A DNA stretch of 64,000 nucleotides from Candidatus Methylomirabilia bacterium (GCA_046758965.1 JBHIBG010000005.1:1-64000), one strand, 5' to 3'; shown: positions 19,946 to 34,180, numbered from the stretch's first letter. Notes: generated by a model not told the origin, from the sequence alone. Translations and numbers: made by a program.

Positions 19946-20108
19946 GGGGCTAGGCTTCGCAGGCTCAAGGGGATAGCCGGCGTGGGGCGGCTGGCGCTGC
20001 ACGCCCGGATGTGCAGTAACGGGAGAGGGCTGCACGCTCAGGTGTGCAGCAGAGGCTCGGCTTCAGCGCTGACCGGCTGAGATCGAGGCGGGGATGGCAC
20101 CCAGGCGG

Positions 20109-20519
20109 CTAGGGCCGGGCCGCCACCTGAAGGCGGGTGAGGGCGCGCCTCATGGCGGCGAGGGCGCGCTGATAGTCGACCTCCCCTTGCGTCCTGCCTC
20201 CGAGCCGGCGCTCGGCCCGCTCCAGGGCCCGCCGCGCGCGTTCCCGATCGATCTCCTCGGGGCGCTCCGCGGTCTCGGCCAGGATGATGACTCGGTCGCC
20301 CGTGACCTCAGCGAAGCCGCCGGCCACAGCCAGACGCTGCTCGACCCCTGCCCGACGGTAGCTCACCTCCCCGCTCCCCAGAGTCGTCAGGAACAAGGCG
20401 TGGCCGGGCCACACGCCGAAGTACCCGTCCGTACCAGGCGCACCCACCTCCTCCACCTCCTCGGAGACCACCAGGCGGGTGGGAGTGGCCAGCTCGAAGA
20501 AGAGTGTGGCCTCGGCCAT
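20109..20519 (-). CDS. atpC: ATP synthase epsilon subunit
   Basis: PGTDGYFGVWPGH, GGFAEV, AERPEEID. Confidence 0.95.
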   Translation of the reverse strand: MAEATLFFELATPTRLVVSEEVEEVGAPGTDGYFGVWPGHALFLTTLGSGEVSYRRAGVEQRLAVAGGFAEVTGDRVIILAETAERPEEIDRERARRALERAERRLGGRTQGEVDYQRALAAMRRALTRLQVAARP

Positions 20520-20525
20520 GAGCGG

Positions 20526-22860
<2,335 letters not shown>

Positions 22861-22868
22861 AGACCACC

Positions 22869-22932
22869 TCGGAGGGGGGCTATGCCCCCCTTCCGAACCT
22901 CCCCCCTGCCGTTGCGCGGGCAAAGCCCGCGC
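22869..22932. repeat. Bipartite palindromic intergenic repeat (REP-like)
   Basis: TCGGAGGGGGGC-TAT-GCCCCCCTTCCGA plus GCGCGGGC-AAA-GCCCGCGC; related copy at 47667-47721. Confidence 0.7.
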
Positions 22933-23006
22933 CCGAGCGAAGACCACTCACCCCTGACATCTTCGCGATGTTGAGCGAGAGTGCACGTGCACTGGGTCTA
23001 CAGGGG

Positions 23007-24533
<1,527 letters not shown>

Positions 24534-24535
24534 CC

Positions 24536-25081
24536 CTACCCCCTTGCCAGCCGTTCGCGGAGCCGGGCGAGCTGTGCCTCCAGGCTTGCGTCCAGAACGA
24601 GGCTCCCGACGTGGGCCACAAAGCCGCCCAGCAGCGTGTCGTCCACCACCGACTCCACCAGAACGTGTTTCCCGATCCTCCGACCGAGCTCGGCCCCCAG
24701 CGCCCTCCGTTCCTCCTCATTCAACGCAACGGAACTCCGCACCGTCGCGCGAGCTCGGCCGAGCGCCTCATCCGCCAGCTGCTGGTAGACCTGAACGATC
24801 TCCGGAAGATGATCGACGCGTCCCCGCACGGCCAGAAGCCCGAGGAAATCCCTCACGAGCGCCGAACTATCGAGGCGACGGGCGACCTCCCCAACCACTG
24901 CCCGTTTGAGCTCCCCCTCGACCCACGGCCGGAGCAGCAGCTCGACAAGGTCCCGGTGCGCAAAGATGGTCTGACAGGCTTGCTCGAGCTCTTTCCCGAC
25001 CGGTTCGATCGCGCCGGCCTCGGAAGCCAGGACTAAGAGCGGCCTCACATAGCGTTTGGCCGTCGCCTCCCGTCGCTTCAT
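24536..25081 (-). CDS. atpH: ATP synthase delta subunit
   Basis: [18 protein letters not shown]; operon position. Confidence 0.93.
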   Translation of the reverse strand: MKRREATAKRYVRPLLVLASEAGAIEPVGKELEQACQTIFAHRDLVELLLRPWVEGELKRAVVGEVARRLDSSALVRDFLGLLAVRGRVDHLPEIVQVYQQLADEALGRARATVRSSVALNEEERRALGAELGRRIGKHVLVESVVDDTLLGGFVAHVGSLVLDASLEAQLARLRERLARG

Positions 25082-25638
25082 CGGAGCCGCTCGAGCTGCG
25101 CAATGGACTCCCGGACGATGCGCTGGTGATCCTCTCCGCGGAAGCTTTTCCTCACCAGTCGCTCGGCCACGGCGACGGCCAGCCCACCGACCTCGCGGCG
25201 AAGCTCCTGCTTGGCCCGACGGACATCCCGCTCAATCTCGGCGCGGGCCACCTCGACGATGCGCACGGCCTCCCCCCGGGCCGCTTCCACAACTCTCTGC
25301 CGTTCCTCCGCCGCCTCCCGCAGGGCGGTCTCACGGATGGCGTGAGCCTCGGTGTGGGCGGCCTCGAGCTTGGCGCGGTACTCCTCTGCGAGCCGCTGCG
25401 CCTCGGCCCGGGCCGCCTCCGCCTCATCGAGCGACTTCCGGATCGTCTGGGTGCGCTCCTCCATCTTGGCCATGAACGGCCGATACAGGAGCCGCCAGAG
25501 GAGGAAGAGGAGCAGGAGGAAATTAACGGCCTGGACGATGAGAGACTTATCGAGGTTGATGAACCCTCCTTCCGCGGCCTGTGCGGACGCCGGGAGCAAC
25601 AGAAGGCAGAGAACAAGACCGGCTCGCGTCACCCCCAT
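25078..25638 (-). CDS. atpF: ATP synthase F0 subunit b
   Basis: QAVNFLLLLFLLWRLLYRP..MEER followed by coiled coil. Confidence 0.93.
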   Translation of the reverse strand: MGVTRAGLVLCLLLLPASAQAAEGGFINLDKSLIVQAVNFLLLLFLLWRLLYRPFMAKMEERTQTIRKSLDEAEAARAEAQRLAEEYRAKLEAAHTEAHAIRETALREAAEERQRVVEAARGEAVRIVEVARAEIERDVRRAKQELRREVGGLAVAVAERLVRKSFRGEDHQRIVRESIAQLERLR

Positions 25639-25722
25639 ACGCAGGAGTCTCCTTTGGTGAGGTTTTGTGAAAAAAGGAGCAAGCGAAGGCTCTCAACGTG
25701 TATCACGAGGGAACAAAACCTG

Positions 25723-26820
25723 TCAAGCCGCGCCGATGATTCCGCCGCCCACCACCAAGTCATCCTGGTAGAAAACCACCGACTGCCCCGGGGTGATCGC
25801 CCGCTGCGGGGTGTCGAAGCTCACTTCCACCCGGTCACGCCCGAGCGGCCTGAGCGTTGCCGCAGCCGGGAGGTGGCGATGACGGATCTTCGCAAACACG
25901 CCGAGCTCCTCCCCCAGGTGGTCGAACGGAATGAAGTTCACAGAAGTCGCGACCAGTCGGGCATGCTCGAGCTCCCCCCCCTCGCCAACGACCAGGGTGT
26001 TGCGTGCCGAGTCGACGGAGAGGACATACAGGGGACGATCAGAGCAAAGCCCGAGGTTTCGCCGCTGGCCTACGGTGTAGGCTGCCAACCCCTGGTGCGT
26101 CCCGAGCACCCGCCCCTGCCGGTCCTCGATCGGACCGGGAACAAACGCCTCAGGGATGCGGCGACGGAGAAACTCTCGGTAGTCGCCGTCGGGGATAAAG
26201 CAGATCTCCTGACTTTCAGGCTTGTCAGCGACGGGGAGCCGGAGAGCCCGCGCCTTCGCTCTGACCTCTTCCTTCGTCAACTCGCCCACGGGAAAGCGTG
26301 CCGCGGCCAGCTGCGATTGCCGCAAGGGCCACAGAAAATCTGACTGATCCTTCCGGGGATCCTTCCCCTTGAAAAGCAGGTGCCTTCCGGTGAGAGGATC
26401 CCGGGTAATCCGGGCGTAGTGGCCTGTGGCCACAGCCGTGGCCTCCCAAGCCAGGGCCCGGCCGAGCAACGTGCCGAACTTCACCTCCCGGTTACAGACG
26501 ACGCACGGGCTGGGCGTCCTTCCCGCCAGGTACTCCCCGGCGAAGTCCGCGATCACTGTTCGATCGAACTCCCTCTCATGATTGAGCAGGTAGTACGGGA
26601 TGGCGAGCCGGCGCGCCACCTGCCGCGCATCCTCCACGGTTTCGGGCGAACAGCAACTCCCGAAGCGCTCCCGGGGGTTCTCGGGCTCGCGCCAGGGCCA
26701 GACGCGGAGCGTCACCCCCACGACTTCATGCCCCTGCTCCACCAGCAGCGCGGCGGCCACGGAGGAGTCCACCCCTCCGCTCATGCCTACCACGATCCGC
26801 TCCGCTCCGTTGCGCCCCAC
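25723..26820 (-). CDS. mnmA: tRNA 2-thiouridylase
   Basis: MSGGVDSS, TPSPCVVCN, ATGHY, KDQS, SQEICF, TPGQ. Confidence 0.97.
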   Translation of the reverse strand: MGRNGAERIVVGMSGGVDSSVAAALLVEQGHEVVGVTLRVWPWREPENPRERFGSCCSPETVEDARQVARRLAIPYYLLNHEREFDRTVIADFAGEYLAGRTPSPCVVCNREVKFGTLLGRALAWEATAVATGHYARITRDPLTGRHLLFKGKDPRKDQSDFLWPLRQSQLAAARFPVGELTKEEVRAKARALRLPVADKPESQEICFIPDGDYREFLRRRIPEAFVPGPIEDRQGRVLGTHQGLAAYTVGQRRNLGLCSDRPLYVLSVDSARNTLVVGEGGELEHARLVATSVNFIPFDHLGEELGVFAKIRHRHLPAAATLRPLGRDRVEVSFDTPQRAITPGQSVVFYQDDLVVGGGIIGAA

Positions 26821-26824
26821 GCTC

Positions 26825-27652
26825 CTAGATCTCCCGCCCCACGATGAGCTCCACGAGCCTGTCGAGCTCCTCGCGCGAGGCAAAGCCCAGCTCGATCCGG
26901 CCCCGCCGCTCGTTGCCGACGATCCTGACCCGCGTGGCGAGGGCTTCGCGCAGGCGCTCCTCCAACCCCGCAAGCTCAGCGGAGCGGCGAGGCGCCCGCT
27001 GCCGTCCCCGCCGGACTCCCTGCTCGGTAGTCCTCACCGACCACGATTGAGCCAGAATCTCCTCTCTGAGCTTCAGCTGATCTTCGCCGGAGGTCAAGGC
27101 GAGAAGCGCCCGCGCGTGGCCCATGGTCAACCGGCCCTCCTTGAGATCGCTCTGGATCGCCGGAGGCAGTTTGAGCAGCCGGAGGCAGTTGGCGACTGAG
27201 CTCCGATCCTTTCCCATTCGCTGACCGAGCTCCTCCTGAGTCCACCCAAACTCGAGGAGAAGCCGCTGGTAGGCCTCGGCCTCTTCAATTGGGTTCAAAT
27301 CGTCTCTGAGAAGGTTTTCCACCAGGGCGAGTTCGAGGCTCTCGGCATCAGTCCCCTCACGGATCACCGCAGGGATAGTCCGGAGCCCGACCATCTTGGC
27401 AGCTCGCCAACGGCGCTCGCCAACAACCATCTGGTACCCTTCGCCCCGGCGGCGGACAACTATGGGCTGGAGCACCCCCGACCGTTGGATGGAAGCAGCA
27501 AGTTCTTGTAAGCTATCGGAACTAAAGGCTTTTCTTGGTTGATGCGCGCTTGGTGTGATGGCCTCCAGGGGTATTTCTCTCAGGGCTGCCTCCTCGCCGA
27601 GTTCCACAGGCAGGAGAGCGTCAAGTCCGCGGCCCAACCCCCGCTTGATCAT
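26825..27652 (-). CDS. parB: Chromosome partitioning protein ParB
   Basis: RGLGRGL, QPRK, GERRWRA, EN..R.DLNPIEEA. Confidence 0.97.
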   Translation of the reverse strand: MIKRGLGRGLDALLPVELGEEAALREIPLEAITPSAHQPRKAFSSDSLQELAASIQRSGVLQPIVVRRRGEGYQMVVGERRWRAAKMVGLRTIPAVIREGTDAESLELALVENLLRDDLNPIEEAEAYQRLLLEFGWTQEELGQRMGKDRSSVANCLRLLKLPPAIQSDLKEGRLTMGHARALLALTSGEDQLKLREEILAQSWSVRTTEQGVRRGRQRAPRRSAELAGLEERLREALATRVRIVGNERRGRIELGFASREELDRLVELIVGREI

Positions 27653-28406
27653 GAGCAAGCACCTCCTTGGTTAGCTCCAGGTATGCGATTGCGCCTGTTG
27701 AGCGCAGATCGTGAGCGATGACGGGCTTTCCGTGGCTTGGAGCTTCAGAAACACGGATGTTCCGAGGAATAAGGGTCTCAAAAAGCTGAGCGCCAAAGTG
27801 CTGCTGAACTTCGGCCCTGACCTGTCCCGCCAGGCTCGTCCGGCCGTCAAACATTGTTAACAGAATCCCCTCGACTCTAAGCGAGGGGTTCAGACGATCT
27901 CTTACTGCCCGGACCGTCTTGGTGAGCTGGGCCAACCCGTCCAGGGCGTAATACTCGCACTGAAGGGGGATCAATACGGAATCAGCTGCAGCCAACGCGT
28001 TGATGGTCAACAAGCTGAGCGAGGGGGGGCAATCAACGATCACAAACCCGAACTCACCAGCCAGCGGAGCTAGTCCATCTTTGAGACGACCTTCCCGATG
28101 GGGCATCGAAACCAGCTCGACCTCCGCCCCAACCAGATCGGGCTCGGATGGCAGAAGCGATAGATAAGGAAGACCGGTTGGCCTCACGGCTCGAGCCATT
28201 GGCTCCCTCCCCAGCAATGCCGGGTAAATCGTCAAGAAATCCCCGTGCTTAGATACCCCCAACCCAGTTGTCGCGTTGCTTTGAGGATCGAGGTCAACCA
28301 GCATGGTTGAGCGTTCAGCCAGAGCCAACCCTGCGGCCAGGTTTATGGCGGTAGTGGTCTTCCCGACCCCGCCCTTCTGATTCACGACTGCAATCATCCG
28401 TCCCAT
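27621..28406 (-). CDS. parA: Chromosome partitioning ATPase ParA/Soj
   Basis: NQKGGVGKTT, DLDPQ, DCPPS, IPRN..EAPSHG. Confidence 0.97.
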   Translation of the reverse strand: MGRMIAVVNQKGGVGKTTTAINLAAGLALAERSTMLVDLDPQSNATTGLGVSKHGDFLTIYPALLGREPMARAVRPTGLPYLSLLPSEPDLVGAEVELVSMPHREGRLKDGLAPLAGEFGFVIVDCPPSLSLLTINALAAADSVLIPLQCEYYALDGLAQLTKTVRAVRDRLNPSLRVEGILLTMFDGRTSLAGQVRAEVQQHFGAQLFETLIPRNIRVSEAPSHGKPVIAHDLRSTGAIAYLELTKEVLAHDQAGVGPRT

Positions 28407-28423
28407 GAGCCACTCGCACCAGA

Positions 28424-28439
28424 TGTTCCACGTGGAACA
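28424..28439. other. parS site
   Basis: Perfect palindrome TGTTCCACGTGGAACA just upstream of parA. Confidence 0.95.
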
Positions 28440-28448
28440 TCAGGTTGG

Positions 28449-28464
28449 CGTTTCACGTGGAACA
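28449..28464. other. parS site (second)
   Basis: CGTTTCACGTGGAACA. Confidence 0.9.
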
Positions 28465-28486
28465 TTGTCTCAGACAAAACGTCAAA

Positions 28487-29134
28487 TCAATGCGTTTTTT
28501 CAACAACGAAGAAGTACCGGAGGCGGGGGCCTAACGGGGATGGTACGGTCACCCAGCTTCCTACGTTTGAAGGAGGCCCCGTCCACTTCTCAACGGGAGG
28601 GCCGGAGGCCACAAAGACCCCTCCCTTTCTGAGAAACCTCATCACAAGAGGGACGAGGGCCTCGGGTCGGCTCACGGCCCGGCTCACCACAGCGTCGTAG
28701 CGGGCCTCGAGCTCGGGATGCTCGGCGAGTAGCCGGCCTGCCTTGCCGTGGAGCACCTCCGTGTGATCAAGAGCGAGCTCCCTCACTACTGTTGAAAGGA
28801 ATGCGCTCCGGCGCCGGCGAGCATCGACCAAGGCAACTTCCAGCTCAGACTCGACAACCTTCAGCGGAATCCCCGGAATCCCGACTCCGGAGCCCAGGTC
28901 CATAAGTCGAACCCGCCTTGGAGGCAAAAACTGGCGAAACAGGAGGGAATCCAGGAAAAGCTTTTGGACTATCGCAACTGGCTCTCGGTAGGCCGTGAAG
29001 GAGTAGATCCGGTTCCACTGGAGAAGAAGCTCGAGATAACGAGTGAAGGCGGCGAGCTCTTGTTCGCGAGGGGGGCGGTGAAGCAGGGCCTGGAGCCCAG
29101 TGGAAAGAAGTCGGTCGGGACTCTCCCTGGCCAA
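28487..29134 (-). CDS. rsmG: 16S rRNA m7G527 methyltransferase
   Basis: QWN, LDSL, DLGSGVGIPGIPL, SRAV; position before parA. Confidence 0.92.
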   Translation of the reverse strand: MARESPDRLLSTGLQALLHRPPREQELAAFTRYLELLLQWNRIYSFTAYREPVAIVQKLFLDSLLFRQFLPPRRVRLMDLGSGVGIPGIPLKVVESELEVALVDARRRRSAFLSTVVRELALDHTEVLHGKAGRLLAEHPELEARYDAVVSRAVSRPEALVPLVMRFLRKGGVFVASGPPVEKWTGPPSNVGSWVTVPSPLGPRLRYFFVVEKTH

Positions 29135-29249
29135 GGCCCAGCCAGAATTCGCGTCAGGCCCCTGAAAGACGCCTCACATAACACCCGACAGATGACGGCA
29201 GGTCGGCCACTGAATACCTTTTAACAAGCTGAAATTACTGTGATTATTT

Positions 29250-29882
29250 CTAGCCTTCCCGACCGGCAGGGGAAATGGCCAGCCGTCTCAGGGCCCCTTC
29301 GCCGACGCTCGCCGTCTTGACTCTCTGATCGCGCTCCAGGGCGAGATGGACCGTCCGACGGTCAATGGCGGACATCGGCTCCAGGGTCACGGGCTCGCCG
29401 GTAAATTTGACCTTCTCGGCCAGGCGCAGTGCCAGCTGCTCAAGCTGCTGGCGCCGGCGCTCCCGGTATTGCTCCACGTCGAGTTGTACCTGAACGCGCT
29501 CGCCGAGCCGACGACCGAGGATCCGCCCGACAAGGAACTGAAGCGCGTCCAGGGTCTGGCCGTGCTTGCCGATCAGAAGGCCTGAGTCCTGGCCGACCAG
29601 CTCGAGGCGGAGCAGCTCCTGGCCCTCGTACGCCCTGACCCGGGCCGCGATTCCCATTGCGACCAGGAGGTCTTCAAGGGTGCGACGTGCAGAGATAAGG
29701 CGCTCGCCTGCGGGCATCACCGTGAGCCGCACCCGCGCTTGGCGACCCCCTAACCCGAGAAACCCCTTTGCGCCCTCCTCCAACACCTCGACGAGGACGT
29801 GCTCCCGCTGGATGGCCAGCTTCCCGAGCCCCGCCTCCACGGCCTCTTCCGGGGTCCTACCGACTTCCTCAACTTCGGTCAT
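29250..29882 (-). CDS. jag: Jag/KhpB RNA-binding protein (KH + R3H)
   Basis: KGFLGLG, LLIGKHGQTLDALQ, DRRTVH. Confidence 0.93.
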   Translation of the reverse strand: MTEVEEVGRTPEEAVEAGLGKLAIQREHVLVEVLEEGAKGFLGLGGRQARVRLTVMPAGERLISARRTLEDLLVAMGIAARVRAYEGQELLRLELVGQDSGLLIGKHGQTLDALQFLVGRILGRRLGERVQVQLDVEQYRERRRQQLEQLALRLAEKVKFTGEPVTLEPMSAIDRRTVHLALERDQRVKTASVGEGALRRLAISPAGREG

Positions 29883-29897
29883 GTCCGCCGCGCCTCC

Positions 29898-31538
29898 TTA
29901 GCCAGCTTGCCGAAGCTCTTTCCGGGGCTTCGCCGGAAGATTGATGTAGCGCTGTTGCACAATCTGCAGGACATTGGAGACGAACCAGTAGAGGACCAGC
30001 CCGGAAGGAAGCTTCAAGAACATAAACGTGAAGACCACGGGCATCATGAGCATAATCTTCGCCTGACGCGGATCGCCCGTGACCGGCATCATCTTCTGCT
30101 GGATAAACATCGAGCCACCCATAAGAATCGGCAGCACATAGGTGGGGTCCCGCTGGGCAAGGTCGCAGATCCACAGATCCACTCCGAACAGCCTGCCGAA
30201 GCAGAGAAACGCCGCGTTTTGGAGCTCTACCGCGAGTGAGAAGACGAGGTAGAGCGAGTAGAAGATCGGAATCTGGATCACCATCGGCAGGCATCCACCC
30301 AGAGGGTTGACTCCGTGCTTCCTGTAGAGCGCCATCGTCTCCTGCTGAAGCCGCTGCGCGTCCTTTTGGTGCTTCGCTCGGAGCGCGTTGATCTGGGGCT
30401 GGAGCGCCTGCATGGCCTTCATCGAGCCCATGCTCTTCAGCGTGAGCGGATAGAAGAGCACTTTGGTGATCACGGTGAGCAGGATGATAGCCACCCCGTA
30501 GTTGGGGATATACCGGTAGAAGAAGTTCATCAGCCAGAGGAGCGGGATCGCGATCCACTGCATGCGCAGGAAGGGAATTTTCAGGAGGGTCCCGAAATGG
30601 ATGGTCTGCTCGAGGCCAACGCCAAGAGCCTTGAGCCGATCATACTCCTTGGGCCCGACATAGAGCAGGACTCGCCCCTCCCACGCCTGCCCGGGGGCCA
30701 GCGGGGGCGGGGATGCCCTGAGCCCGATCTCTACGGCGCCGGTACCATTCCGAGCGATGGCCAACGTGAAGCCGGGGCTCTCAGGGATCATAGCCGCGAC
30801 GTACCACTCGCTTTCGAGGCCGACCCACTGTCCATCCGTCGAGGCCTCCACCGCATCCTCGAGCGCCTCGCGATGCACGCCATCCCGATCGAGCCAGACT
30901 ACCCTGGTGGGGCGCTGCCCCTGGAAGCGTTCGACCTCACCCTCCGGCCACTTCTCGAGGGCGGCCCACGGGAGCAGGAGTTCCACGGCCTGCGGGACCG
31001 TGTGCCGGTTTTCGACTCTGATGTGAACCTCCACCCGGTAGTCATCAGCGTGAAATTCCAGCTCTTCCGAGACCCTGAGCCCGAACGCGTCCTGCCCGGC
31101 CAGCCTGACCAGGCCCCGAGGCTGCTCCGCTCCCAGCCGGATGCTGCTCGCGCTGACCTGCTGGAAACCCAGGACCTCACCCTGGCCCCCGGCTCTCCAC
31201 ACAGTCAACCCCTTGGACCCCAGGACGCCGGGTACCACCAGCGGTTTCTCGCCGCGGTAATGGAGCACCCACTCCAGCACTCTACCCCCGTCACTCGCCA
31301 AGACTCCCCGATAGAGGGGGGTCTGCACTACCACTCGCCGCTGGGGGATCGGCTCTGACGTTGACAGTTTGGCGGGGAGGGGAAGACGAGTCGGGACCGG
31401 GGAGGGAGGGGCAGTCTGCGGCTCACCGACGGGTTCCGCCGGTGGAGAGGGGGGCGGGACGGGGGCGAAAAGCGCCTGGTAGAGCACCAGCAGGCCGACC
31501 ATTAGGATGGCGGCCAGGATCGCTCGTTTTTCCATCAT
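29898..31538 (-). CDS. yidC: Membrane protein insertase
   Basis: NYGVAIILLT, NPLGGCLP, PSGLVLYW. Confidence 0.97.
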   Translation of the reverse strand: MMEKRAILAAILMVGLLVLYQALFAPVPPPSPPAEPVGEPQTAPPSPVPTRLPLPAKLSTSEPIPQRRVVVQTPLYRGVLASDGGRVLEWVLHYRGEKPLVVPGVLGSKGLTVWRAGGQGEVLGFQQVSASSIRLGAEQPRGLVRLAGQDAFGLRVSEELEFHADDYRVEVHIRVENRHTVPQAVELLLPWAALEKWPEGEVERFQGQRPTRVVWLDRDGVHREALEDAVEASTDGQWVGLESEWYVAAMIPESPGFTLAIARNGTGAVEIGLRASPPPLAPGQAWEGRVLLYVGPKEYDRLKALGVGLEQTIHFGTLLKIPFLRMQWIAIPLLWLMNFFYRYIPNYGVAIILLTVITKVLFYPLTLKSMGSMKAMQALQPQINALRAKHQKDAQRLQQETMALYRKHGVNPLGGCLPMVIQIPIFYSLYLVFSLAVELQNAAFLCFGRLFGVDLWICDLAQRDPTYVLPILMGGSMFIQQKMMPVTGDPRQAKIMLMMPVVFTFMFLKLPSGLVLYWFVSNVLQIVQQRYINLPAKPRKELRQAG

Positions 31539-31550
31539 GTTGTGGCGTCT

Positions 31551-31793
31551 TTAAGCCGGGGTCCCGCGCGCCCGGGGCGGAGGCGGATCGAACCCCCCAG
31601 GCCGAAAGGGGTGACAACGACCGAACCGCTTGAGCGCTAGCCAGACACCTCGACCGGGTCCGTGCAGGAGTAGCGCCTGCCGCGCATATTCGGAGCACGT
31701 TGGCTCGTAGCGACAGGCACGGGGAAGCATCGGGGAGAGGAGCAGCTGGTATCCCCGTAAGAGCCAAGCCGCTCCGAGGGCAATGGCGCTCAG
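31551..31793 (-). CDS. yidD: Membrane protein insertion efficiency factor (start uncertain)
   Basis: YQ..LSP..CRYEPTCSEYA, RCHPF.PGGFDP. Confidence 0.9.
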   Translation of the reverse strand: MSAIALGAAWLLRGYQLLLSPMLPRACRYEPTCSEYARQALLLHGPGRGVWLALKRFGRCHPFRPGGFDPPPPRARGTPA

Positions 31794-32167
31794 GGTTCGT
31801 GGGCCCCCTTCTCGCACCGGCCTACAGCTCTGAAGGCTGATCGCATCTCTCGAAGGAGAACCCCAAACGGCTCTCGAACCGCCGGTTCCCGTGCCACGCA
31901 CACCAGCTGGACTCTCGACGGGAGCGCCTGGCGGCTCCTTCGATACGCCTCGCGGAGCCGGCGACGGGCGCGGTTTCGACGCACCGCACCCCGAACCTGA
32001 CGGCTAACCGCGAATCCGATGCGCCGCGGGTCATCATTCAGGCGCCAGAGAACCACCAGCGAAGGCCGCTCTGTCCGCCTCCGATCCTGGAAGACCGCAC
32101 GGAACTCCCCTGGGCGTCGAAGCCTCTCGCTTCGCGGGAGGCCTCCTGTGACCAGTCGTTTCGACAT
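31790..32167 (-). CDS. rnpA: RNase P protein component
   Basis: RIGFAVS..AVRRNRARRRLRE. Confidence 0.93.
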   Translation of the reverse strand: MSKRLVTGGLPRSERLRRPGEFRAVFQDRRRTERPSLVVLWRLNDDPRRIGFAVSRQVRGAVRRNRARRRLREAYRRSRQALPSRVQLVCVAREPAVREPFGVLLREMRSAFRAVGRCEKGAHEP

Positions 32168-32177
32168 TGGGGGGTCG

Positions 32178-32312
32178 CTAGACCGTAAGCCGTTTTCTTC
32201 CCTTGGCCCGGCGACGCCTCAGGACCTCGCGTCCTTCCCTCGTGCGCATGCGCACCAGGAACCCGTGGGTTCGCTTTCGCTTGCGCTGCCTCGGCTGATA
32301 AGTCCGCTTCAT
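32178..32312 (-). CDS. rpmH: 50S ribosomal protein L34 (not in the ORF track)
   Basis: Translates to [44 protein letters not shown]. Confidence 0.97.
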   Translation of the reverse strand: MKRTYQPRQRKRKRTHGFLVRMRTREGREVLRRRRAKGRKRLTV

Positions 32313-32640
32313 CCCGCGGCTATCGCTCAGTCGTAAACGGGCTCGTCCTCACAAACCGATTCAGTTTACCGACACGAACCGAAGCAGTCAAGGCGCCGGC
32401 AGCTCCGAGACGGTTCTGTGGAGATGACCGACTGCTGAAAAGGTGGTTGCCCTGCCCTCGGGCGCTATGGTATCGTACGCGACAGTCTCTCCTCGGCAGG
32501 GCCGTGGTGCACACTCTTCCACCGCTTCTAGCGGGAGTACCTACTTCGAGACGTTATCGGGTTCCACGACGGGCAAGAGGTCTTTTCTCGATGAGTCGCT
32601 GCCCTGCCGGAGATTTTCTAGCCTTTTCAGCAACTTCAAC

Positions 32641-32672
32641 TTATCCACAAATGTGGATAAGTGTGTGTGTAA
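32641..32672. promoter_or_regulatory. DnaA boxes upstream of dnaA
   Basis: TTATCCACA (32641-32649), TGTGGATAA (32652-32660), degenerate TGTGTGTAA. Confidence 0.9.
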
Positions 32673-32693
32673 CTGCGTCGTAGGAGCACACCC

Positions 32694-34010
32694 ATGGAGA
32701 TCTGGTCTCGCCTGCTTGCTTCGCTCGAAAGGAAGTTGCCCGCTGTCGTTCTCGATACCTGGGTGCGTCCGAGCCGCCTGATCTCGCTGGAAAGGGACCA
32801 CATTCAGATTGCCGTTCCCAATAGCTTCTCTCGAGACTATATCGTCGAGCACTACCTCGACGCGATTCAAGCTGCCGCCCGCGAGTGCCTGGGTGGCGAG
32901 CCCCGGATCACCGTGTTGGTAGACCGTCCGCCAGCCGGAGCTTCCGCGCGCTCTCGAGCGGCCGGCCCTCCACCCGAGACTCCCACCTCCCTGCCTGGGC
33001 TCACGCCCCGCTACACCTTTGAGACGTTCGTTGTCGGCTCCTCGAATCAGTTTGCGCGGGCGGCCTGCCAGGCGGTCGCTGAGCAGCCGAGCACCGCTTA
33101 CAACCCGTTGTTCATTTACGGCGGTGTCGGTTTGGGGAAAACCCACCTCCTCCATGCAGTAGGCCATCAGCTTCATCGCCTCCACTCACATCTCAGGATT
33201 CTCTACCTTCCTTCCGAGCGCTTTACCAACGACCTCATCAACGCGATTCGCTACGATCGCACAGCGGAGTTCCGCGCGAAATACCGAACTATCGACCTTC
33301 TCCTCATCGACGACATTCAGTTCATCTCGGGCAAAGAACGCACCCAGGAGGAGTGGTTTCATACCTTCAACGAGCTCTATAACTCCCACAAGCAGCTCGT
33401 TATTTCCAGCGATTGCTCGCCTAAGGAGATCCCTGAGATTGAGGAGCGGCTCCGATCTCGGTTTGAGTGGGGACTGATCGCCGACATCCAGCCGCCCGAT
33501 TTCGAGACTCGAGTCGCGATCCTCAAGAAAAAGGCGGAGGTGGAGCGTGTCCGTCTCTCCGATGACGTCGCGTACCTCATTGCGAACCGGATCAAGTCCA
33601 ACATTCGAGAGCTGGAAGGATCCCTCACCCGCATGATCGCCTTCTGCGCCTTAACCGGGCGTGACATGACGGTGGACCTTGCCCAAGACGTCCTCTCAGA
33701 TCTCTGGGGCGATGACAAGAAAGTCATCACGGTCGAGCAAATCCAGCGCCAGGTCTCGGACTTCTTCGGCGTCAAACCTTCGGACCTCAAGGCCAGGAAC
33801 CGCACCCGAGCCATTGCCTTCCCGCGCCAGGTGGCGATGTATCTCTCCCGCCAACTCACCCATGCCTCTCTTATCGAGGTCGGACGCGCCTTCGGGGGAA
33901 AAGATCACACCACGGTCCTTCATGCTGTGGACAAGATCCAAGGTCTCCTCCAGGAAGACGCAAAGCTTCAGAAGACAATCGACACCTTGATTCAAGGTAT
34001 CACCTTGTAA
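32694..34010 (+). CDS. dnaA: Chromosomal replication initiator
   Basis: YNPLFIYGGVGLGKTHL, LLIDDIQF, RLRSRFEWG, KDHTTV. Confidence 0.99.
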   Translation: MEIWSRLLASLERKLPAVVLDTWVRPSRLISLERDHIQIAVPNSFSRDYIVEHYLDAIQAAARECLGGEPRITVLVDRPPAGASARSRAAGPPPETPTSLPGLTPRYTFETFVVGSSNQFARAACQAVAEQPSTAYNPLFIYGGVGLGKTHLLHAVGHQLHRLHSHLRILYLPSERFTNDLINAIRYDRTAEFRAKYRTIDLLLIDDIQFISGKERTQEEWFHTFNELYNSHKQLVISSDCSPKEIPEIEERLRSRFEWGLIADIQPPDFETRVAILKKKAEVERVRLSDDVAYLIANRIKSNIRELEGSLTRMIAFCALTGRDMTVDLAQDVLSDLWGDDKKVITVEQIQRQVSDFFGVKPSDLKARNRTRAIAFPRQVAMYLSRQLTHASLIEVGRAFGGKDHTTVLHAVDKIQGLLQEDAKLQKTIDTLIQGITL

Positions 34011-34165
34011 TCCACAGTGATGCACGTGCTATCCACACTTTCCTTCACAGCTTGCCGGTAAGCTTCTCTCTTTGGTATGAACGCACTCGACAGTGTCCCC
34101 ACTATTGCCCGGAGTACTCCCACTATTATGACTTCTTACTTAGTTACTGACTAAGTAAAGAGAAG
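34008..34165. other. Probable oriC unwinding region (dnaA-dnaN intergenic)
   Basis: DnaA-box variants TAATCCACA (34008) and CTATCCACA (34029); AT-rich ACT/TAC-rich tract at about 34120-34160. Confidence 0.75.
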
Positions 34166-34180
34166 AGTAGGAGGATGCCT

